Source: Eledone cirrhosa (lineage: Eukaryota). Taken from it: a stretch of DNA of 64,000 nt. Below the pieces are notes generated by a model, which did no database searches, was not told the origin of the DNA, and saw only the letters and a list, made by a program, of their open reading frames with translations. This document shows, in pieces, positions 54,748 through 64,000 of this stretch; position 1 is the stretch's first letter; each line of letters begins with the position of its first letter. The translations under genes were made by a program, and so were the position numbers. Where the stretch lies: positions 106,206,001 through 106,270,000 of the forward strand of contig OZ024744.1 of NCBI GenBank assembly GCA_964016885.1, in the 5' to 3' direction.

Positions 54748-55084
54748 CAGAGGTTCTCAAAGGAGGCGCTTCACCCCCCCCCCCGTGTGTGTAGGGGGGG
54801 GGGATGAAGCCTAAAGGGGCGATAGGAGGGGTGGTAGAGATGATATAATAGTGTATTAAATATCAAATATATAAATATAGTAAAATAAAAAATATAAAAT
54901 ATTTATACATAGTATATATTATATTATTATATATAAATTAACGATTTTATTTATTTTATATTATTTACAATTTGTGTGTAGGGAGGTCTCTCAGGAAATA
55001 GGGGTGGCGGTGCTGAGGGTATTACGTGGCTGTGGGGGGGGGGGGGGGGGGGGGCGGGGGTGTTAACAAATTTGAGAACCTCTG
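54748..55084. mobile_element. hAT (Charlie-like) MITE
   Basis: 14-bp TIR cagaggttctcaaa; perfect 8-bp TSD atctacat. Confidence 0.92.
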
Positions 55085-55129
55085 ATCTACATGAATTATA
55101 GATGTAATGATTAGGAATGAATTTTTTTA

Positions 55130-58100
55130 AAACCTGTAGCTTGTGGCTAAAATGGGAACCTAGTCAGTGGCTAAAATGGGAACCTAGTCGGTGGCTAAAA
55201 TGGGAACCTAGTCGGTGGCTAAAATGGGAACATAGCCAGTGGCTAAAATGGGAACCTAGTCGGTGGCTAAAATGGGAACCTAGTCGGTGGCTAAAATGGG
55301 AACCTAGTCGGTGGCTAAAATGGGAACATAGCCAGTGGCTAAAATGGGAACCTAGTCGGTGGCTAAAATGGGAACCTAGTCGGTGGCTAAAATGGGAACA
55401 TAGCTTGTGGCTAAAATGGGAATATAGCTTGTGGCTAAAATGGGAACATAGCTTGTGGCTAAAATGGGAACATAGTCAGTGGCTAAAATAGGAACCTAGT
55501 CAGTGGCTAAAATAGAAACATAGCCAGTGGCTAAAATGGGAATATAGCTTGTGGCTAAAATGGGAATATAGCTTGTGGCTAAAATGGGAACATAGCTTGT
55601 GGCTAAAATGGGAACATAGCCAGTGGCTAAAATAGGAACCTAGTCAGTGGCTAAAATGGGAACCTAGTCGGTGGCTAAAATGGGAACATAGCTTGTGGCT
55701 AAAATGGGAATATAGCTTGTGGCTAAAATGGGAATATAGCTTGTGGCTAAAATGGGAACATAGCTTGTGGCTAAAATGGGAACATAGTCAGTGGCTAAAA
55801 TGGGAACCTAGTCAGTGGCTAAAATAGAAACATAGCCAGTGGCTAAAATGGGAATATAGCTTGTGGCTAAAATGGGAATATAGCTTGTGGCTAAAATGGG
55901 AACCTAGTCAGTGGCTAAAATGGGAACATAGTTAGTGGCTAAAATGGGAACATAGCTTGTGGCTAAAATGAGAACATAGCTTGTGGCTAAAATGAGAACA
56001 TAGCCAGTGGCTAAAATGGGAACCTAGTCAGTGGCTAAAATAGAAACATAGCCAGTGGCTAAAATGGGAATATAGCTTGTGGCTAAAATGGGAATATAGC
56101 TTGTGGCTAAAATGGGAACATAGCTTGTGGCTAAAATGGGAACCTAGTCGGTGGCTAAAATGGGAACCTAGTCGGTGGCTAAAATGGGAACATAGCCAGT
56201 GGCTAAAATGGGAACCTAGTCGGTGGCTAAAATGGGAACCTAGTCGGTGGCTAAAATGGGAACCTAGTCGGTGGCTAAAATGGGAACATAGCCAGTGGCT
56301 AAAATGGGAACCTAGTCGGTGGCTAAAATGGGAACCTAGTCGGTGGCTAAAATGGGAACATAGCTTGTGGCTAAAATGGGAATATAGCTTGTGGCTAAAA
56401 TGGGAACATAGCTTGTGGCTAAAATGGGAACATAGCTTGTGGCTAAAATGGGAACATAGTCAGTGGCTAAAATAGGAACCTAGTCAGTGGCTAAAATAGA
56501 AACATAGCCAGTGGCTAAAATGGGAATATAGCTTGTGGCTAAAATGGGAATATAGCTTGTGGCTAAAATGGGAACATAGCTTGTGGCTAAAATGGGAACA
56601 TAGCCAGTGGCTAAAATAGGAACCTAGTCAGTGGCTAAAATGGGAACCTAGTCGGTGGCTAAAATGGGAACATAGTTTGTGGCTAAAATGGGAATATAGC
56701 TTGTGGCTAAAATGGGAATATAGCTTGTGGCTAAAATGGGAACATAGCTTGTGGCTAAAATGGGAACATAGTCAGTGGCTAAAATGGGAACCTAGTCAGT
56801 GGCTAAAATAGAAACATAGCCAGTGGCTAAAATGGGAATATAGCTTGTGGCTAAAATGGGAACCTAGTCAGTGGCTAAAATGGGAACATAGTTAGTGGCT
56901 AAAATGGGAACATAGCTTGTGGCTAAAATGAGAACATAGCTTGTGGCTAAAATGAGAACATAGCCAGTGGCTAAAATGGGAACCTAGTCAGTGGCTAAAA
57001 TAGAAACATAGCCAGTGGCTAAAATGGGAATATAGCTTGTGGCTAAAATGGGAATATAGCTTGTGGCTAAAATGGGAACATAGCTTGTGGCTAAAATGGG
57101 AACCTAGTCGGTGGCTAAAATGGGAACATAGCTTGTGGCTAAAATGGGAATATAGCTTGTGGCTAAAATGGGAATATAGCTTGTGGCTAAAATGGGAACA
57201 TAGCTTGTGACTAAAATGGGAACATAGTCAGTGGCTAAAATGGGAACCTAGTCAGTGGCTAAAATAGAAACATAGCCAGTGGCTAAAATGGGAATATAGC
57301 TTGTGGCTAAAATGGGAATATAGCTTGTGGCTAAAATGGGAACCTAGTCAGTGGCTAAAATGGGAACATAGTTAGTGGCTAAAATGGGAACATAGCTTGT
57401 GGCTAAAATGAGAACATAGCTTGTGGCTAAAATGAGAACATAGCCAGTGGCTAAAATGGGAACATAGTCAGTGGCTAAAATGGGACATAGCCAGTGGCTA
57501 AAATGGGAATATAGCTTGTGGCTAAAATGGGAACATAGCTTGTGGCTAAAATGGGAACATAACTCGTGGCAAAAATGGGAACATAGCCAGTGGCTAAAAT
57601 GGGAACCTAGTCAGTGGCTAAAATAGAAACATAGTTAATGGCTAAAATGGGAACATAGCTTGTGGCTAAAATGGGAATGTAGTCAGTGGCTAAAATGGGA
57701 ACATAGTTAGTGGCTAAAATGGGAACATAGTCAGTGGCTAAAATGGGAACATAGATTGTGGTTTAAATGGGAACATAGCTTGTGGCTAAAATGGGAACAT
57801 AGTCAGTGGCTAAAATGGGACATAGCTTGTGGCTAAAATGGGAACATAGTCAGTGGCTAAAATGGGAACATAGTCAGTGGTTAAAATGGGAACATAGTCA
57901 GTTGCTAAAATGGGAACATAGCGTGTGGCTAAAATGGGAACATAGCCAGTGGCTAAAATGGGAACATAGTTAGTGGCTAAAATGAGAACATAGCTTGTGG
58001 CTAAAATGGGAACATAGACAGTGGCTAAAATGGGAACATAGTCAGTGGCAAAAATGGAACATTGTCAGTGGCTAAAATGGGAACATAGACAGTGGCTAAA

Positions 58101-58183
58101 ATGGGAACTTAGCTTGTGGCTAAAATGGGAACATAGTTAGTGGCTAAAAATAGCTTGTGGCTAAAATAGGAACATAGTTAGTG
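55130..58183. repeat. 24-bp satellite (gtggctaaaatgggaacatagctt) with a 960-bp higher-order duplication
   Basis: Variant order at 55.2 kb recurs at 56.16 kb. Confidence 0.97.
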
Positions 58184-58189
58184 ACTTAC

Positions 58190-58262
58190 CAAATATCCAG
58201 TTCTATGAAACAAATTTGGAAGAATCATTTCAATGAAATGAGCTGTGTCAGATCGAGGAATT
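58190..58262 (-). CDS. CEP104: CEP104 exon 3 of window: (K)IPRSDTAHFIEMILPNLFHRTGYL
   Basis: ccag/gtaagt splice sites, 73 bp, phase 2 to 0; aligns to human LSKLETAHCVERTIPVLLTRTGD (recalled). Confidence 0.92.
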
Positions 58263-58435
58263 CTGGAATGAGAATAAGATTAGATGATATTAAATCATAC
58301 TTATCTAAATAAACTTGATCACATTTGAGGATTAACTATTAAAAAATATTATATTTATTAGTACACAAATATAATATATATCAGTACATATATATATGTG
58401 TATATTCCCATTTTAGCCAAAGCTATGCTCCCGGA

Positions 58436-58698
58436 GCTTCCAACAGTAATGGTTGCATTTTTTAAGGGTATGTCAATATTTATTTATAAAACTGATCTAT
58501 ATTATATTTTATCTGATGAAAGCGCACCATAATTTAACTTGGTGTCCTTGAAATATGTATAATGAAATAAATATGGTTTTATAAATATAGTTTCCATTTG
58601 TTAATATCGTATTTTTACTCCAAATACTTGTTGAGTGCTTTATATCAGTTATAAAAATATTTGCTTGTTGTATCCCAACAATTTAAATAGAACTTTTG

Positions 58699-58700
<2 letters not shown>
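58436..58700 (+). mobile_element. Single-arm family B element; hammerhead at 58505-58569
   Basis: TATTTTAT-CTGATGA..GAAA-TATGTA-TA^ATGAAATA; tail ends aacttttgca-(TA)n. Confidence 0.82.
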
Positions 58701-58766
<66 letters not shown>

Positions 58767-58935
58767 TTACCAATACATATATATCATATATATATGTTCA
58801 TATATATTCGTACATTAGTGCATGAAAAATTGACATTCCTCCAACAACAACATTAATATTAAATACAAGATTTTTGTGCATTAGAAACATTAATGGAGAT
58901 TGTAAAACATTAAAATGTTTTATGGAAAATATATA

Positions 58936-59290
58936 TACGAGGGGAGGCTGAAAAGTTCATAGGCCCACTATGAAGGAGTGATGCTAGAGCTGTGAAATCT
59001 TGCATGCATTAATTTCAACTCTTCTTATTAACAACTACACATTGTTTCTTTCCAGGGACTATGTTGAAAAATAAACCTCATTTGGTCATTCCATGAGAGT
59101 ATCTTAGTCAGCCTATGAAGGAGTGATGCTAGAGCTGTGAAATCTTGCATGTGTTAATTTCAACTCTTCTTATTAATAACTGTATTGTTTCTTTCCAGAG
59201 ACTATGTTGAAAAATAAACCTCATTTGGTCATTCCATGAGAGTATCTTGGTCAGCCTACAAACCTTTCAGGCTATGAACATTTCAGCTGG
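58936..59290. mobile_element. Mariner-like MITE remnant with about 145-bp internal duplication
   Basis: ta-cgaggggaggctgaaaagttcatagg start; partial inverse ctatgaacatttcagc. Confidence 0.6.
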
Positions 59291-59345
59291 CTCATAGCCA
59301 AAGCCAAGTGATAGAAACCAATAAAAGACTAAAAGGTTAACATAC

Positions 59346-59407
59346 TTATTGTGTTTTATAAACTTTGTTATTATGGTCCTTAGAAGTTGTTGTGTAGCTT
59401 TGAAAAC
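59346..59407 (-). CDS. CEP104: CEP104 exon 2 of window: VFKATQQLLRTIITKFIKHN(K)
   Basis: ttttgcag/gtatgt splice sites, 62 bp, phase 0 to 2; aligns to human VFQASLKLLKMIITQYIPKHK (recalled). Confidence 0.92.
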
Positions 59408-59517
59408 CTGCAAAATAAAAATAGGTTTTTATTTATTATTTACTGTATATAGAATTCATGTTGCTCTTTTTAGCTCTTTAGCATTTACTCTATATTTACC
59501 ATTATATTTTCATTGTG

Positions 59518-59930
59518 GTGGTGGATTGGCAGTAGGGCGGTGGATTGGCAGTAGGGCAATGGATTGGCAGTATCGGTAGAGGGTTGGACGCCATGCTTTG
59601 ACGCATAGAGTTACGGCCCTTACCATTCTGAGTTCAAATTTAGCCCAGGTTAACTCTGCCTTTCATCTTTACGGGGTCGATAAAATAAAGTACCAGTCAT
59701 GTACTGGGTAATTTGCTGGCTGTGTGCCAATAGTAGAAACAATTATATTTTCATTGTGCCGGTGGATTGACAGTATTGGCAGAGGGTCGGACGCCATGCT
59801 TTGACGCATAGAGTTACGTCCCTTGCCATTCTGTGTTCAAATTTAGCCTTTCATCCTTACGGGGTCGATAAAATAAAGTACCAGTAATGCACTGGGTAAT
59901 TGCTGGCATTGTGCCAAAAGTGAAAGCTAT
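59518..59930 (+). mobile_element. Two tandem Meta-like SINEs
   Basis: Same family as 12878-13065. Confidence 0.85.
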
Positions 59931-60169
59931 TATATTTTCGTAGTAAAGGGTTTAGCTCACATAATATCGATTCTATGAGATTTTGATATTATTTATTTTG
60001 AGAACAATACCTTAACATCAGTATGAGTGGCCAGTTATGGCCGGTTTCAACCGAGAGAGAATTCTGGCCAGATACGGCCTGTTTAAATGTTAAAGGAATA
60101 CATTACTCATTGGTAAAATTTAAGTACAACCTTGTTTTTTTCATTTTTTAAACAGTTGAAAAAAACATG

Positions 60170-60300
60170 GCATGCCCTGCACTTTTTTATGCAGCTCTCA
60201 TCTTTCATACGCATCACATGTCCATACCAACATAATCTTCTCTCCTGCACACAGCATCTGATTCCTCTTATGCCTAGTTTCTCTCTCAGTTCATTTATGC
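60170..60300 (-). mobile_element. Short RTE fragment
   Basis: INELREKLGIRGIRCCVQERRLCWYGHVMRM. Confidence 0.85.
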
Positions 60301-60684
60301 TATATATATATATATATATGTATATGTGTGTGTGTGTGTATATGTATGTGTGTGTGTATGTGTATCTATGTATAAGTTCATATGTGCAGTTGTACATCTG
60401 CACTCGTGTATGGTACAATTGGTACACATTCAGAGTTGCAGTGTTGACAAGTATTCTTCTGGTATGCCCATTTGCCTATATTCACATTCATAATTTTGTG
60501 TTTTTGCATGTTTATGGTTGGGGGGTGGTGTTGGGGTATAGAGACACACAAATTATAATTTCCTTCTTTCACTTTCTGTATTATTTCCCTCCCCCTCCTC
60601 CTCCTAGTCGACCTGCTGCTGCTGTCTAAGATTAACATAAGATTGACATTCCTCTCCCACATTTTACTAAATATATCATCCCAC

Positions 60685-61815
60685 TGGGTAATGGGTGGAA
60701 AATAATGGGTGGAAAATAATGGGTAAATGTAATGGGTGGAAAGTAATGGGATAAGTAATTTGTGAAATTAATTGGTAAAAGTAATGGGTAAAGTAATTGG
60801 GGGAAAGTAATGGAGGAAGTAATGGGTAAAAGTATTTGGGGGAAAGTATTGGGTAAAAGTAATGGGGAAGTATTGGGTAAAAGTAATGGGGGAAAGTATT
60901 GGGAAAAAGTAATGGGGGAAAGTATTGGATAAAAGAAATGGGAGAAAGTATTGGATAAAAGAAATGGGGGAAAGTATTGGATAAAAGAAATGGGGGAAAG
61001 TATTGGATAAAAGAAATGGGGGAAAGTATTGGATAAAAGAAATGGGGGAAAGTATTGGATAAAAGAAATGGGGGAAAGTATTGGATAAAAGAAATGGGGG
61101 AAAGTATTGGATAAAAGAAATGGGAGAAAGTATTGGATAAAAGAAATGGGGGAAAGTATTGGATAAAAGAAATGGGAGAAAGTATTGGATAAAAGAAATG
61201 GGGGAAAGTATTGGATAAAAGAAATGGGGGAAAGTATTGGATAAAAGAAATGGGGGAAAGTATTGGATAAAAGAAATGGGGGAAAGTATTGGATAAAAGA
61301 AATGGGAGAAAGTATTGGATAAAAGAAATGGGGGAAAGTATTGGATAAAAGAAATGGGGGAAAGTATTGGATAAAAGAAATGGGGGAAAGTATTGGATAA
61401 AAGAAATGGGGGAAAGTATTGGATAAAAGAAATGGGGGAAAGTATTGGATAAAAGAAATGGGGGAAAGTATTGGATAAAAGAAATGGGGGAAAGTATTGG
61501 ATAAAAGAAATGGGGGAAAGTATTGGATAAAAGAAATGGGGGAAAGTATTGGATAAAAGAAATGGGGGAAAGTATTGGATAAAAGAAATGGGGGAAAGTA
61601 ATGTGTAAAAGTAATGGGGGAAAGTATTGGATAAAAGAAATGGGGGAAAGTATTGAATAAAAGAAATGGGGGAAAGTAATGTGTAAAAGTAATGGGGGAA
61701 AGAAATGAAGGAAAGTAATGCAGGAAGTAGTGGCAAAAAGTAATGGTTGAAATTAATGGGGGAAGTAATGGTGAAAAGTGATGGGGGATGTAATGGGTGA
61801 AAGTAATGGATAAAA
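60685..61815. repeat. 26-bp minisatellite (gggggaaagtattggataaaagaaat) with degenerate edges
   Basis: Direct reading. Confidence 0.96.
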
Positions 61816-61892
61816 TTAATTTAGGAAAGTGGTTAGGTTAAGTATATAATGTATAACATAGATAGAAGCTAGGATTAACGTAAAACATTTAC

Positions 61893-62051
61893 TGCATGAA
61901 CTTGATCTTCAAGGCCCCTCTTTATTGGAAGAATTATAGCTCTTAGGATTGTTCGGGCATCTTCATCCATGGACTGTTGCCTGATTTGCTGTGATAAACT
62001 TTCTAAAGCTTCTTCTCGACGGCAATAGTTTTTTGAGTAAACTTTAGATAC
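61893..62051 (-). CDS. CEP104: CEP104 exon 1 of window (TOG N-terminus): VSKVYSKNYCRREEALESLSQQIRQQSMDEDARTILRAIILPIKRGLEDQVHA
   Basis: tttag/gtaaat splice sites, 159 bp, phase 0-0; aligns to human AYCKTWSYREDAL..LRASVFLVRRAIKDIVTS (recalled). Confidence 0.92.
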
Positions 62052-62093
62052 CTAAATAAAATAAAATAAAATAAAACTGAGTAGAGATTACTG

Positions 62094-62714
62094 TACAGAA
62101 GGTATTAAGTACTAGGTTGTAGGTAGTTGGTACAATACACATGATACAGAAGGTATTAAGTACTAGGTTGTAGGTAGTTGGTACAATACACATGATACAG
62201 AAGGTATTAAGTACTAGGTTGTAGGTAGGGGGTACAATACACATGATACAGAAGGTATTAAGTACTAGGTTGTAGGTAGTTGGTACAATACACATGATAT
62301 AGAAGGTATTAAGTACTAGGTTGTAGGTAGTTGGTACAATACACATGATATAGAAGGTATTAAGTACTAGATTGTAGGTAGTTGGTACAATACACATGAT
62401 ATAGAAGGTATTAAGTACTAGGTTGTAGGTAGTTGGTACAATACACATGATATAGAAGGTATTAAGTACTACGTTCTAGGTAGGTGGTACAATACATATG
62501 ATATAGAAGGTATTAAGTACTAGGTTCTAGGTAGTTGGTACAATACACATGATATAGAAGGTATTAAGTACTAGGTTGTAGGTAGTTGGTACAATACACA
62601 TGATATAGAAGGTATTAAGTACTACGTTCTAGGTAGTTGGTACAATACACATGATATAGAAGGTATTAAGTACTAGGTTGTAGGTAGTTGGTACAATACA
62701 CATGATATAGAAGG
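62094..62714. repeat. 51-bp minisatellite, about 12 copies
   Basis: agaaggtattaagtactaggttgtaggtagttggtacaatacacatgata units. Confidence 0.96.
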
Positions 62715-64000
62715 TGTAGCGGTTGTCTCCCTTGTTTTGATTAGGATCTAGACGGGAAGTGGAACCCTTTCTGCGACTTCCGGTCAGAGCCCTATAAAAC
62801 TAACAACGTTAAGCTTCCTCTCTCTCTCTTTGCCTTTTCGGCACCAGGTCAAGAGTCTTCTCATTTGGCTCTGCCATTAATTTGGCCAACAGGCGCCTGG
62901 CCTTAGCCAGGCGCCCTCTGCCAGCCGCGTTTGCCTGGCAATCAAAACGGTAACTACTAACTTTGTTTCATTCTAACATCTATCTTTGACATGTCAAGTA
63001 TTCTATCTACCGTTAATTAAATATTATATACACAAACATTGTCTCGTTTTGTTACATTCATACAATCCCAGTATCTCCGCTATATTGGTGACCCCGACGT
63101 GATACGAACACGCAGCCGTTCATCGCTATAAGTGGTCACCCCCCAAAAAAGAAAAAAATAGCACATCTGGTTGTGTGAGTAACATTACGAATACACAGCA
63201 AATTTAGCGACAAACTATGAAAATACTCAAGGACACGCACACACGCACATGTGGAATTCGCACAAACATACTTTTTCTCTCACGCATCAATTAACTGTCG
63301 CATTTCACCAATATATATATATATGTTTCTCGTTTCTTACAACGAACACTTTCAAAACACAAAAAAAAAAAAAAAGAAATTTGATATTCTTTAAAAAACA
63401 TTTCAACAGGAACATTTATTTTCGATGAACCATTGCCTTTTGTTCATCGTTTTTTGTTTTTTTCCAAAGTTCACACCTATAATTATGCTGATTGAAGCCT
63501 TTCTTTTTCATCATTGTCACTTTCAAAATTGCACTATCATTTTCTCGCGCGTTAGAAATATTTTTTTTCAACCTTGTATTGGCACGTGTAGGCAGCATAA
63601 ATTCTCGATTCACTGAGATGTCTCTTCTCACAGACAGCCGCACGCCAGAGATAGCATTTCTCCCCCAAGGATTCTTCAGCCTTAAGCTATATTCTTCTAT
63701 TTGCCGGTTTATAAATTTACAATGTAAATTTACCGTTGATAACCGCGCATTTATTAAGAATGCTTATTTCTCTGGTCGCTGGCCTCTTGACCCTTCCAGG
63801 TCAACGCATTCTCAACATCGACCATCAACTTCGGCTGCTATTTCTAGCACTTTGCGCAACTCATTTTTTTCTAAAAAAAAAAAATTTTTTTTACTGTGAA
63901 TTTAAACACCGAATACGCTCACTCAGCGAGACAACAGCAGCAGCAACAGCAATATAACAGCAACAGCAATACATCAACACAGCTTCACCAAAGCCAGAGA
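62715..64000 (+). mobile_element. LTR retrotransposon 5' end (probably Gypsy): LTR 62715-63084, PBS, decayed internal sequence
   Basis: TGTAGCGG...CCGCTATA termini, TATA-like ctataaaa, PBS 1 nt after the LTR. Confidence 0.82.
63086..63117 (+). other. tRNA-Trp primer-binding site (extended)
   Basis: TGGTGACCCCGACGTGAT... is complementary to the animal tRNA-Trp 3' end including CCA. Confidence 0.85.

Noticed and set aside
55117-62448. Repeat-peptide ORFs (WLKWEPSR, FPHFFYP, CIVPTTY)
   Set aside because: Minisatellite units that happen to lack stop codons

Overview
AT-rich, microsatellite-laden eukaryotic DNA. The repeat content suggests an octopod cephalopod (inference). The window lies entirely inside a minus-strand CEP104 (centrosomal protein 104) gene. 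I could splice 11 short exons, all GT-AG with consistent phases, encoding the TOG domain and the C-terminal Zn-finger region. The introns hold an apparently intact RTE LINE (1137-aa ORF), RTE, CRE-like and L1/Tx1-like fragments, a DD37D maT transposon, hAT, mariner and piggyBac-type MITEs, tRNA-derived SINEs, an LTR with a tRNA-Trp primer site, and several satellites. The main discovery candidate is a set of about 20 type-I hammerhead ribozyme motifs from at least 7 sequence-unrelated non-coding element families. Most of these elements abut (TA)n tracts, and many form head-to-head foldbacks in which only one arm keeps a 3' tail. Most families share a tail hairpin, RCTC..(TATT)GAGY. They stack into a nested palindrome at 41-53 kb. 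This looks like an ecosystem of non-autonomous Penelope-like (retrozyme-like) elements. All ribozyme folds were assigned by eye and none is tested.
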